The notes beneath the pieces were generated by a model. It was not told where the DNA came from and searched no databases. It saw only the letters and a list, made by a program, of their open reading frames with translations. A DNA stretch of 64,000 nucleotides from contig OZ076421.1 of NCBI GenBank assembly GCA_964187785.1, positions 27,962,001 to 28,026,000 of the forward strand, read 5' to 3'. The stretch comes from Amphiscolops sp. MND2022. Lineage: Eukaryota. A program made the translations under genes and the position numbers. This document shows positions 24,444-38,000 of this stretch, in pieces. The first letter of the stretch is position 1, and each line of letters opens with the position of its first letter.

Positions 24444-25249
24444 CATTAGTTTTGACTTTTTGCGTGGATTCTTTGTGTTTTGTTTTTTTTTTGTATTTTG
24501 TTGTTGTTTTTTAAATCCTTGATCATGTCTTTTCCAACACACGAACAATGAAAATACTATTTGTGGGTCGTTCAGCGTGCAATTTATTTATGAACTTTTT
24601 TCATTTCAGTATTTCTTTTCACTGGTTTCTTTTCTCGGTTTTATTTGTAAGCTTAGAATTGAATCCGCCGATTATGCTCTTTTTTGATGAAGAAATCTGA
24701 CGCTTTGAACATTTGATGCGTCTACATGAAAATTCAGTTAGAAGTAATTTGTTGAAACCCGGTTTTTCTTGTTCGTGTTTGTTGTATACGAGAGATTTTG
24801 AAAGAAAATGACCAATCGTGTAATTGTTGATGGAATTGGAAAGTTCAAATTGCTTTTTATTGATTTATGAATTTTATAAATGGACACTTACATTAGTTTG
24901 ATTGTAACTAATGAATTTTTATAAATTTGTAAATGTTGTTAATGAATATTTTATTACGTTGGTTTTCAATAGAAAGTTTGAAAGCAATATAGAATATAGG
25001 TTCCGGTAGAAGGTGCAAATCATTGCTTCGGTCAGTTTGGAACATTTTGGAGAGAAATTTGACCCCAATTTTGCCCAAAAGAACATTATATCAAATTTGT
25101 GTGGAAATTGAATGAAATTTCTGATGTCGGGTCAAGTTTCCGTGTGCATAAAAATCTAGTTGACCAATCAAAATTTCTGGTTTATACGAAACATCAGCCA
25201 ATAGGAATCAAGCGTGAAATTCCAATTCACTTGCTTTTGATATACCAGG

Positions 25250-25838
25250 ACCAGGGTACGTCTAAAGTCGGCGCTATATCTAAGGCTCAAAAAGCGCAAA
25301 AGATATTATTTTTTTCTTTCAGAAAATGCCTCATAGTGCCAAAAAATGTAAAAGTGGGACCCTTTGGGCTTTATATATTCTGTTGCAAAATATCAAAAAA
25401 CTCGAAAAGGGGACTCTTTTGAGACATTAAAAAATTTTCGAAAAAAGTCGCACAATGCCTCATAGTGCCAAAAAATGTAAAAGTGGGACCCTTTGGGCTT
25501 TGTTATATATTCTGTTGCAAAATATCAAAAAACTCGAAAAGGGGACTCTTTTGAGACATTAAAAAATTTTCGAAAAAATTCGCACAATGCCGAAAAAAAT
25601 CGAAAGGGGGACCCTTTAGTCTCGTCCGGTTTTGTAGGTTACGTTTAAAAAGTAAAAAATGAAAGGGGGGACCCTTTTGCACTAATTTCCGCTGACCTGA
25701 CTTGGCCTTATGGTAGTAGTTTTAGTAGTTTCGATTGTAAGAAAAGTGGCCCAATCAGAATGAGGTTGTAGTCTGACGAAAAAAAACTAGCCACTGTAAG
25801 AGTCGGGCACTTTTCACTAGAAAAGCGCCGACTAAAAA
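25250..25838 (-). mobile_element. HINE-family element with internal ~130-bp tandem duplication
   Basis: AGTCGGCGC (25266-74) and GCGCCGACT (25825-33) plus AAAAA; IR AGAGTCGGGCAC (25799-810); duplicated unit starting TGCCTCATAGTGCC at 25327 and 25456. Confidence 0.75.
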
Positions 25839-26018
25839 CAAGATATTAAAAAAATGTGTCTGAAGCGTTCAAAACAAAGCGTTCTCCAGAATCATTTCTC
25901 ATTTTATTTGGAAATCGCTGATTTTTTGGTACTTTTCATCAAGCAGGCAGATGATAGATGTTTGAATTATAACGCCACTGCATTTTTGGTCAAGTTTTCA
26001 AATCAATTTCAGAGTGTT

Positions 26019-29000
26019 ATGGACCGCGGGGGACTTGGAGGTGGCGATTATCATTCTGAATTCGACAGTGATGCAGAGAGTCTCTCTGGGAAAGCGAAGC
26101 GAAAGAGGTTGGTTCGTTGATTTATTGGATTTACGGGTTGATAGTTTTACCGGAGCTTAGATTAGGGACAAAGATGTTTTCAATTGAAATCATTACGAAA
26201 AGACTCATTCGCGTATGCTTCAGGAGAGACGAAGACTTCTCAAAGAATCCAGACGTACCTCATTTGAATTCCGGGCACATTTCAATTTACAGGCCATATA
26301 AAGCACACCACAGTCGGGCATTTCAAGAGTACGATGCCTACGAACGTCAAAAACAACGCAGTCAGTTCTTGTCGCTTAGTGCCGTTAGTAGTATTAGCCC
26401 ATCCCTGCGACCGAGGACATGATACGCTTGCCAAGAACCATGGTAAGTCGCTAGCTAGCCTTGCCAAGATCTTACCAAGGATACCATGATTCTGCAAGAT
26501 CGTGCCAAGCGTACCATCTTTTACCATGATCTTGGTAAGGATGCCATGATTGATCATGTTCTTGACAAGCGTTCCATGGTAGCAATTGCTTTTTTTTAAA
26601 AGAAAAGTTTGCACTTAATCCTCAACTATTTATCCAGATTCTTCACTTAGATCAAATTTTTCACTCGGTTCAATGATAGAAAGGGCTGTTTTTGGGAATT
26701 CTGTACTCAAGCTTCAGCTATGTATCTAGAAATCTCACTCAGATCAAAAACGTTTCAGTACACTGTCAATCAGAAGAGAAACCTCTCCCATTTACAATTA
26801 TTGTGAGGCTAAATTCTCTAAAATCAAAAACAAAATACAGTAATTCTAACACCCAACTCGACGAAAACCACACAAAAGAACAATATTCTGCATTCAACTT
26901 TGAGGTGCAGTAGAAATCGTCTAATTGAAATTGTTCTAATTCTATGGATTTTCTATGGACGAACCTTATCCTTCACATGTTTCACAAACTTCCCCCAACT
27001 GCGCTTTTGTCAAATTGCAATGACTTTGTGTGGATGCAGTGACTTGCAATTGGACGAATTTTACTGTATTCATCTAGAAAGGCCACTCAGATCAAAAACT
27101 ATTCGTTGAACAGTATATTAGGATGGGAACTAATGATTTTCTCAAACATTCCTTTCTCAAACAAAATTTTGATCTTTTTCAAGCATAATACAAAATCCAA
27201 AGTTAAATATAAAGCCGTCCCAATCGAAGTATCGCTGGAAAAGGACAACCGATTTCTATACAGACTCTCAAATTATCACAGAACAACTGTAAAGCAGCAA
27301 AACAATAGAATTCTAATTGAAACGTCACCGTGAGATCTGCTAAACTTCATTTATTGTATTTTCCTACATTTCGCCAAGACGCGGCGGCCATAAAGATTGG
27401 CTGATTCAAAGTTTAATAAAATTGTTAAATTTGGTGCGATATACTCGTATGCTCGCAAAACTCAGACTGAAAAATGAGCTCTCGCTTTCATTATTTCAGC
27501 TTCGCAAAAATAATAGAAAATCGACGTTGGATGTAAGTTCTTGTCCTATCAAAAGAGACATCACTACTTCGAAAAGAGCAGTTTTATAATCCTATAGGAA
27601 AAAAGTCACACCACTGGGGAAGCTACCAAGGAGCCCTAGTGGGAAAGCGAATGATTCAAGTCGCCACAACTTTTAGATGTGAAGATCAAGTAACACATAC
27701 AATGAGTTGCAGAACACACAGCTCAACTGTTCTAGACGTGATTTTGGTTAGATCAATGTTCTAGAGTGTTAACGCTGAACAAGATTATCTGTCAAGACGA
27801 GAAGATGTTTCTTAATGAGCCTCAGCGATTGACTTGCTATCTTGATAACAGCTTGAATGGTTGAAGTCTACTGCTCGGAAAAACGCACATGAATAACAGG
27901 ATGACCTCCATAACCAACACATGTTTCATTTCAGTCATGTTTGAAATCGGCTATGAGTCTCCTAATGGTCCAATCTTTTTCATCTTTGAAAACGATGCAA
28001 GGGAACTAAATCTTGTCCCACCTGATAAAATCTTTTCTTAGAGCAGCTGGGCTGATGAGGCGGTATGAAGAACCGAGATATGGATGAGCCGTTCTGGAAG
28101 CAGCAGCAGAGATTTCTGAATCTCTCGAAGAATCAGCCATGCAGGCTACCAGTGTCATCAGTACTGGAAACACACTAACGTAGAAAAGCGGGACCACTAT
28201 TTTCTCAGACAAGTTGCTAGACAACAGCTGAACAGCAATATTGTTTCCTTGTTCATCAACGCCAATAGCGAAGAGGCAGCACCCTGAATCGGGAAAGTTG
28301 CATTTGTTGTGAATGTAATAATGTACGCGTTTACTAGAAAAGATAGAAGACTTGAAAAGAGGACTTTTTCCCTAAGGTTGAGTTGTTGCTTGCAGTTCTT
28401 CAAACTCACCTAAACACGCTTGCAATAGAGTGAAAAACTTGATCACAACTTTATTGCTGAAGCACTTGGGTTTGTTGGAATACAACTGCCTCAAAAATCT
28501 TTTCACAATTCTGGGACATATGACGCAGTAGTGGTACTGACAGCACATCTTGTCAGCTGGTAATTGGCACTTTCAAACGCAATAGTTTAGATTCTGCTCA
28601 ATGTTCCTCATTTGAACACCTATGAGACATTGATTGCGTGGATATCAATTTGAAGGTAAAATTGGAAACAATCTTCTAAATTTTCACCTAAACGTTAACC
28701 TTACTGAAATTTCTTGAGGTACTTGCTTTGTCAGTTACTGAATTGAAGTCAACAGAACAATTCATGTTATAGCCTGTTGCAAATCCTACGTAGAAAAGGG
28801 ACAACCGACAAACGTGCCTGATTAGGTATGTGAAGCAAAGAATGAACATTGAAGACCTAAGATGATTCTCCCAGTACTTCGGGAATCTTTGAACGATAAA
28901 GAAAACATTTTCTGCACTGCTCTCGCTTCTCAATCTGCTCTAGGGAATAGAATAGAAACTCCTTGACACAGAAGAAAATTCCAAGAGTTTTGGATGAAGT

Positions 29001-32000
29001 CTCACGTTGAAGCGTGGAAAGCCATATAAAACAATAAGTTTGAATTCGGCAGCTTTCCACAGAGTCACAGGATTCAATGAACGCAACCGTCTATTGGAAA
29101 CTGGGGGAATACACATGTTTTGGAAGTCCGAACTAATGGCACTTTCTTCTATCGTGCTGAGTTTTTTAGAGCAGACATTAATATTGAATATTCTCATTAT
29201 TTCAAGGAGCATTGGATGCATATAATCAATGACGACATCCCCGAGTAGAGACAGGAAGTCATCTAGATCAGAAGGACCTCTCCAACCTAACACAGGTCTA
29301 TTCGTAGCATGGATGTCCAGGAGAGCCTGTCGACGCATTTAGCTGCTAGTTCTCATTTTGAATTGCATGTCGTATGGGTAGATCCACGTTTGTTTCTACT
29401 GAGCGGTTCGATCAATCATCGTACAATCAGGGCATCCGAAGCGACCGTTGAGAATAAAACATTTAGCCACCATATCAAAAACAGCAACGTGGAGTTCCAC
29501 TTTAACGTGGAGCAAAAAAATTCAGTACAATCCTGTTCTAAGTGTTTCCCCGCACTCAGGCATACTCGGAAATGGCTTCAAAGTTTACTGACGTCTTCAC
29601 CAACCCCGTTTTCTCTGAAAACTTGTCTCTAAGGTCGACATACTACCAAAGTGCATGGTTCCATTAACTGGAACTGACAGGTCTTCCCATTCACCGAGAT
29701 CTAGTTTGACGCTGTCGAATAGCTCTTGCCAGTTTGGTTTACCACTACCGCCAAACAAGGCAGCCATTATCAAGTTGGAATATCGCGATCTGTCCACTCT
29801 GTGTAAGTTCAAACTTTGGAACCATACCGGATAAATATCCGGTTTGACTGATTTCAAAGGACATACACCATCACTTCGTTCGAGGGCCGAGGGAGCTTAA
29901 CATCAGTCTTTAATTGCCATGACTCAGTTCGGGCAGCTTTTGCGCCATGTCTGGGAAGTAGATTTTTGAGCTGCTTTGTCGTATCTAATCCTAAACAACC
30001 CTTTTTAGCCGATGTTTTTCTTGAAACCTGGAAATTTTGAGTCTGAAATGCAAACAATTTATTGCATTGCATGTTGTGGATGCGCGGCAAACAAGTCCGT
30101 ATTAGGTTCAATGTGAGCTTCTGAGCCCGATCAGAAACCAGGCCTGTGATTTGATCTGCAAACGTAGGGACACTGATGTTAGATCCCTCAAAAAGTTTAA
30201 CGTACTTTCGTCATCGGAACTCTCCATAAATCTGGAAGAATCTGTTGGTGAGGAGTATAACCTCTCGTCAAACCTAAACTCACCGCAATTTTCGTGATCT
30301 GACGAAAAGTGTGAAAATGATTCATATAGTCAAATGATTCTAACGCTTCTTGAAAAAAAACTACGTATAATCTTTTTTGTAACAATTTGTGTTTGCATAG
30401 TGACAAAACAGTTTTGGGCTATTGATATAAAATTAACTAATTGAACTGAAATGAAAAGAAAACAGTTCGAAGCTTCGTTAAAACATTGACACCTAAAAGA
30501 AAAAAACTTGGTCAATTTGAAACCTATGTCAGCTGCGTGAATTGGTGTGGAAGTTCTAATGTCTTCAGGTTGCAAGACGAAGCAGGGTTTTTCGATAATG
30601 GATGGTGGGTTTCGTGGTTCGAGATCAATGTGGTTTTTACTTTCATCAGTTTTATCAGCAGTGTCGTGATCTTGTATTCTGATTTTTCGTGCAGAGGTTC
30701 TGAATCTATGGCATCTTTTGGGTCGTATTCGGCGGAAATTTTCAAAGCTTGTTTTACTGGAACTCGCACCCTCGGTCGGAGAAAGCTGATCAACAGAACA
30801 TTGAGTATTTGATGCAACGGGACAAGATTCTACTGTTAGTCCATTCCCTGGTACACGAGAGCTGTATTGGACTCTTAGTCTCGACTACTTGCATTGATAA
30901 AACTGTTTTTTATATTGGTTTTTCCTCGCTGTTCTACTAGATTTTGTTCATGTTTCGATCACGTGAACTCCTCCACCATGAAATTCTTTATGCGGACACT
31001 CACAGCTGCTACGATCGGCTCCGAAGTAGGAACCCCCATATTTAACCAAAAGGTCGTCTCCTTTGTTAATACCTTCTTCAGATATGACTCGATTTGCTTG
31101 GATTCCATCTTTCAAGGACAGAACATACATGCAGTTCGGCTTGCATGATGATTTCGATGATTGAAGCTGGTCCTAACATCAACATTGGACCTATCCTGCT
31201 CCTGAATACAGAGAAGTCATTGACACCCTCCAAATTCTCATTCTTTGGGAAAAGAGAGAAAACCAATCAATCCTGGAACAATTGCTTCTGATGGCACTTT
31301 CTCAGAAGCGAATACGCCAAAACTGGTGAGCCCATAATTGACAAAATTGGACCTCAAATGAAGGAAACGAATTCTTTCTAGTGCCTTCTCTTACCTCAAA
31401 GAGGCTTGTGTGGTCATACCTTCATTCTGCCTTCCTACTCACATTTCTTAAATTGTTACAAATCACTTTTATGTCGATCAACTCAAGTGGTAATGAGAGA
31501 GTCAACTTTCGCTAAGACCCGCCAGTTTGTACGGGCTATGATGAAACATCTTGAAACAGAAATTTCGTCAAGGCGAAAATTTCCGACTGATGTCTCTACA
31601 AATTGGGCAGAATGGAAACGGAGGTGTTTGGAACCAACTATCAGACCTCTTAAGTGTATAAGTCACATTCCACGTATTCAATGGCACAGCAGCTCAATCC
31701 AAACAGCGCATCGTTTGTTCCAGACGATATTTTTGCTTGATCATGTATCCAAATTTGTTTTGCTTTTTGACAGAGTGGACAAAAGCGGTCCTTCGAAGAG
31801 GCCACACCCTTAATATGCGAATATCAAACAACTTTTTCAATTAGTGACAGAAGCATGCAACAGCGCAGCTCCTGTTCTTGACCTTTTTTTCAATGGTCCA
31901 TTTCCTAGATTCTCAATGATCAGTGAAACTATCTTTCACAGAACAAAATAATGGATAAAGTACCTAATTGCAGAATTCATGGAAATAAAAGCTGTTTACT

Positions 32001-35000
32001 TGATAAAGAATGATTCAAATAGCTCGACGAAGTAATCACTTGGATGAATAAAACAAAAATGATATTACAAATATCAAAGATTTTTAAACCAAAAATTGCG
32101 GATATGAAAAAAACCAAAACTTCAAAATTCGAATAAAGAACCAAACATATAATAATGACACTTTAGCAGGCCAGTGTAAACTGTCTACACCAATGCTCAA
32201 TTACTGTCTTTCGTTGGGGAAAAAGAACTGAAACTTCAAATGCTTGCCTTCCTCCGTAACTTTCAGACCACGGAGTCGTGAGGACAAAGACATTTAAGAC
32301 TTATGTTTACGAGCGTAAGTTAAACAAAACTGAAAAATAAAACCCGGTGGTCATCAATTTTAAATTTTTTCCACTCTTGGAAACTTTTTGACGTTGACAA
32401 CCAACAAAAAGCGGCCTTTCGAATCGACAGACCATTTAATATACGAAGATCAATCAACCCAATCATTTAGTAAGAGCAGCTCGCAACAAACAGAGCATTT
32501 TCTGTCAATGGCGTTTCCTTGATTGATCAAATTTCTACAGTCTTAATGGCCAGTGAAAGTATCTTGCAAAACAGAAAAAAGGTATGACGTGGCCAATTTC
32601 ATAACACAAAATATTAAAAGCCATTTTGACTTGATAATGAATGCTTCAAATAACTAGAACTAACCACTTGGATGAGTAAATACAAAAGTGGAATTACAAA
32701 CATGAACTTATTGGTACCAAAGTTTCAGTGATTGAGAAAAAACAAAACTTCAAAAGTTCAAATAACGAATCTAATATATAACAAAGAAACTCTCATGAAA
32801 GCAGCGTTCATCAGTATATTATAGCTATGTTCAAAACATCTTGATGAGAGCAAAATCTTTTGGAAGCAGAATGCTTCAAAAACTAGGAGTTAACACTTGG
32901 ATGAAATAAATTTTACAAATGGAAAGGAAGCACTCGAGCACCCAAGCATTCTAAACCGATTGAAAGCTGCATTCAAAAAGTGAATTATCAGACACAGTTA
33001 AGAACATGTACAGCAGAGAAACTGTAATGTAAGCAGAAAGCTTCCGTATAACGGCTAAAATCAAAACCCTAACTGATGAAAAGGAATGCTTTAGATAGCT
33101 AGAATTAACCACTAGGGTTAATAATTACAAAACTGAAAGCACAAACAATGATTGTTTTGTGACAGTTTTACAACTACAAGGAAACAATGCTCCTCCAGTA
33201 ATCCGGCAAGATTGGGGCGATGAAGTTTTTTACGTTGGATGATACACCTTTGCAGGATCAGGAACCCTCAACTTTTAACAGATTGACCCCCTTACATAAA
33301 ATGGGTGTCGTGACGCTAGCTGCTGATTCTGTGGCATTCTTTGGAGTACGCAGACAGGATGATGGTGAGTCATTGGGTGAAGTCCTTGTTATCGACAGGA
33401 TCATCTTGTTGATTGTTTGCCCCAAGGGTGCCTTTCTCTCCGATATTGGTCCAACGAGGCCTTGATTTCCTTGAACAGCCAATGTCTAGCCACATCTGCC
33501 ACTGTATCAGTTGGCGTTTCTGTTGATACCTGATGTTGGCGAGCTTTTGGCGAGCCAAGTCAATGGCAGGTAAATCGCTGTGAGACAATCTAAGTCGCTT
33601 GTCTCAAAAGCATCGGGCAACGTTCGTGATAGAGATCTACTGCTGTTCGATTGCCTTTTTCTGTTCTTGTCGTTGGCTAAATTAGCGGGATAACTATTAC
33701 TGGCCCGACATAGATTCTTCGTGCCGAAACAGTTTTCCCGGACGGCATCGGATTGAGTAAATGGTTCGTGCAGCTCTTCTCTGTCACCTGGTTGCGGGCT
33801 TCGATTTTGGAACGAGAGATTACTTCAAGAAATATTTTCTTCCGAATCTATGTAAAATCCCAAGTCTCTTTTTTTAAATCTCGTCAAGGCGTTCTTTGGC
33901 CAAAAGAAGAGCAGGGCAGAACTTTCCTTCGAACGTGAGGTTCAGTGTTTCACCGACGCTCGAATACACCTTCTCTGTCAGTGACACTTTAGGAGACCAG
34001 TATAAACTGTCTGCACCGATGCTCAATTACTGTCTTTCGTTGGGGAAAAAGAACAGAAACTTCAAATGATTGTCTTGCTCCGCAACTTTTAGACTACGGA
34101 GTCGTGAGGGCAAGGACACTTGAGACATATATTTACGAGCGTAAGTTAAACAAAACTGAAAAATAAAACCCGGTGGTCATCAATTTTGAATTTTTCTACT
34201 CTTGAAAACTTTTTGACGTTGACAACCAACAAAAAGCGGCCTTTCGAATCGACAGACCACTTAATATACGAAAATCAAACAACCCAATCATTTAGTAAGA
34301 GCAGCTCGCAACAAACAGCGCAACTCCTCTCAATAGCGTTTCCTTGTTTGATCGAATTTCTATATTCTTAATGGCCAGTGAAAGTATCTTCCAAAACAAA
34401 AAAAAGGTATGACGTGGCCAATTTCATAACACAAAATATTAAAAGCCTGTTTGACTTGATAATGAAATGCTTCAAATAACTAGAACTAACCACTTGGATG
34501 AGTAAATACAAAAGTGGAATTACAAACATGAACTTATTGGTACCAAAGTTTCAGTGATTGAGAAAAAAAACAACACTTCGAAAGTTCAAATAACGAATCT
34601 AATATATAACAAAGAAACTGTTATGAAAGCAGCATTCATTAGTATCTTCGAGCGAAATTCAGAACATGTTGAGAGCAAAGTTTTTTTCGAGAGAAAATGC
34701 TTCAAAAACTAGAAGCTTACAATTGAAAGAAATAAATTGAAAAATGGAAAGAAAGCACTCGAGCACCAAATCATATTAAACCGATTGAACGCCGCATTGA
34801 AAATCTAAAATGTCAGGCATTATCAAGTGTCAGACAAGTTCTTGTTCGTGATTAATAAGTACGGCTGGAAGGGTTTCAATCATCTGCAATCAATTACCTT
34901 TGAAAACGTTTCCCAATTGTATTTCCGTCGGTTTGGGCGGGGTCCCATGCCGCCTAGAAAAAAAAACGTATCAAAGAATTCCTGATTACCTTTGTATCCT

Positions 35001-38000
35001 TCTTTATCGTAATGGATCCGTCACCGCGCAGGAATTTAGTTCTGAGCTTCTTTTGGACGCCTATGAAACTGTTTTCAAAGAGATTTTGCAAGGATTCATT
35101 ACATCGTGGAATCTTCTGGAGACAGTTGTGCTCTTGTTCGGCACAAAAGTCAAGTCCCTGCATAAGAATGCTGCATACAAATAGCTCTTGTTTTTTGCCT
35201 TGTATGCTTTCTTCAATTTGCCAAAAAATGAGACAACATCTTCAACAGTGAAGGTACTTTTTGCTTTGAAGGGATGACAACAAAGGTCATTCCCACCGAG
35301 AAGGACCGTTGGCTTGGAGACAAAAATGTGACAATATATAATGTTTGTGTTTCTAGTTGTAATGTCCGGTGGGGTTTTTAATATAGTCTGTTGAAGTATT
35401 ACAGTTTTTCATTGGTAGCAGGATGACCGCATCGTATAAAGTTCCACCGCGATGGGAGGATGATCAAAGTTTCGAGTCCTGGAAAGCTGAAATGGAACTG
35501 TGGACGAGTTTGATGTATTTGAAACCTGAGCAGATTGGACCTGCGGTTGCATTGTCCTTATCTGGATATAGACGTTCTGTTGTTATGAAGTTGGACCAAG
35601 CTGAATTCAAAGGTGCAGGCGGCTTTACAAAAGTTTTACAGGAGCTCGAGTCTGTTTGGCCGAGATAAAAGTGACCAGATGTACGAAGCATATGAGAGGT
35701 TCGAGAAAATACGAAGAGAAACCTTAAGTATGGTCGATTACACTTGGCCTGGTCGATAATATCTTGGTCTGCAAACTTCTTTACTGTGCAGACTTGGAAA
35801 CAAAGGAACAGCAGCTGGTGCTTGCAACGACAACCAAGATGGCATATGCCGAAATGAAAACAGCCCTACGACGAATCTATTCTGCAAAAGGAGAGGATCG
35901 CACAGAGCAAGCTGGGACAAGCGACGTGAAATGCGAGACAGCATTCGCAGCTCTTGATCAGAAACATGAAGGTGCAGATGCTGTTTTCTTGGCATCCAGG
36001 TATCGAGGAACATGGGTACCTCGAAGTGGTCGCGGAAATAGACGAGGAAGTGATGTTAGAGGAACCAATCCAACCGATAGACATAGCAGAGTGTCAACTC
36101 GTCGGAATTGCGGTTCCAGGTTCCATAATGCTCGAGATTGTCCAGATGGGAATTCTGAACCTGGAAGAAAATATCAGCGCACCTTGCGAGTCTGCGGAGT
36201 TCTGTGAGTATTCATGTACAGATTCATCAGGACCTGCAACAGACAGCATTTATCTGACGTTTGCAAGTACATGTGCTGGATTGTCTGCTGAATCCAGAGG
36301 AATGTGCATATTCGACTGCGCATGCACACGTACAGTCGCTGGAAGTCGGTGGTTTTATGAAAATCTAAAAATGATGCCCGTTGCGAGACGGAAAAACGTG
36401 CAGGAGAGATTGAGTAGCGCAACTATCCTCTTTGGCGATGGAAAGGTGATCAAGTGCCTGTTTACAGTGTCACTGCCTGTTTCAATTAGGAGATCTAGAT
36501 TGCTATTTGGAGTGCGAAATTGTGGACGGATGTCTCCCTCTTTTATTAAGCGTTAAAAGCATGGCAAGAGCAAAAATGTGTGTGGATTTTGACCAGAAAT
36601 CATTTGTTTTGGGAACACGAGAAAATTGGCATAAACTGACTGTTTTGAGTACTGGTCACCTGGCATATCAAATTATTCCTAATGCCGTTCCAAACAATCG
36701 AATCGAGTACGCAATGTCCAGTCTGACTACTGAGAATATAGCCAAATTACACAAGCAGTTTGGACATTGCAAGACTGAAAAGATGATTGGTCTTCTTAAA
36801 ACTGCAGGTCATGATGAGAGAAGTCTGCGAAAATGCGTAGAGATAGTTACAGATTCGAGTGAAGTGTGTATTCGTTACGGGCGTGTGAAGTGTAAACCCA
36901 AGGTGTCGGTCCCAATGAGCAGTGACTTCAATCGAACAGTATGTGTCGATTTACACTGTCCAAAGCGACTGCACCATCGTGGTATATCCATATTATTGAC
37001 TCATTCACGCGCTTTAGTGTCTGTCGTACAATATATGACAAGAAACCCGAAACCCTCATTAGATTTCTGTTAGAGTATTGGATCTTCGTTTTTGGGGTGC
37101 CCGAACAGCTTCTGACGGACAACGGAGGTGAATTCGTCAATAACTCAGTAATCTTGTTGTGATATGTTCGGGATTTTGCATATTACAACCGCTGCCGAGT
37201 CACCGTTCTCCAATGGAATTTGCGAGAGACATAACGGCATTATAACGGAAATGTTCAAAAAGTTGTCAGAAGGTAGTTCTGACATCGATTCCCAGATTGT
37301 CCTCCAACAAGCAGTATTCGCGAAGAACGTGTTACACAATAACGAAGGGTTTTCGCCTTACCAACTCGTGTATGGTGGAAGTCCATCTTTGCCGTCAGTC
37401 ATGAATGCATCACCGGCAGCCCTGGAGAATGTCACTGTTTCGAAATACGTGGCAAACCATCTGACAATGTTGTCAAAAGCTAGATCGAGATATGCCGAAT
37501 TGGAATTTTCCACGAGGATTAAAAAGGCGTTGTCAAACCGGGTTTATCTCGAATGAGGGTCCTTTTCATCCAGGACAGACAGTTTATTACAAGCGACAAA
37601 ATAAAGACAAGTGGTTTGATCCAGCTCGTGTACTTGCTCTGAAAATAATCATTGTCAGACATGGAGGGCAACTTTACAGAGCACATTCTATTCATGTTCG
37701 CCGATCACCAACAGAAGATCCTTTCTTACGATTGGAGCATGACGATCGCAGTGAAAAACCTTCCAGAGACCGTCCCGGAGTGCCAATTAATCCGGGTGAA
37801 AAGTTCCTTGATGCACACGAAACCTCTAATCCAGATGGGAGTTCTAGCGAGATTACCAATGGGAGTACGAACGTGGATTCGTTGGTCTGCCAAAACAATC
37901 AAGCGTGTCTTGAGGATGGCGCCGAGTCTGATTCCCGAGACAAACCTGCGACACAGACTGTACTAGAAGTTGTGAAAACAGTGAGTACGTCAAATGCAAG

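Noticed and set aside
26415-26585. CRISPR-like repeat-spacer array
   Set aside because: Eukaryotic context, degenerate abutting units, no unique spacers and no cas genes.
32156-34819. The 835-bp direct repeats as LTRs of a TRIM/LARD element
   Set aside because: Despite TG starts, there is no PBS, PPT or TSD on either strand.
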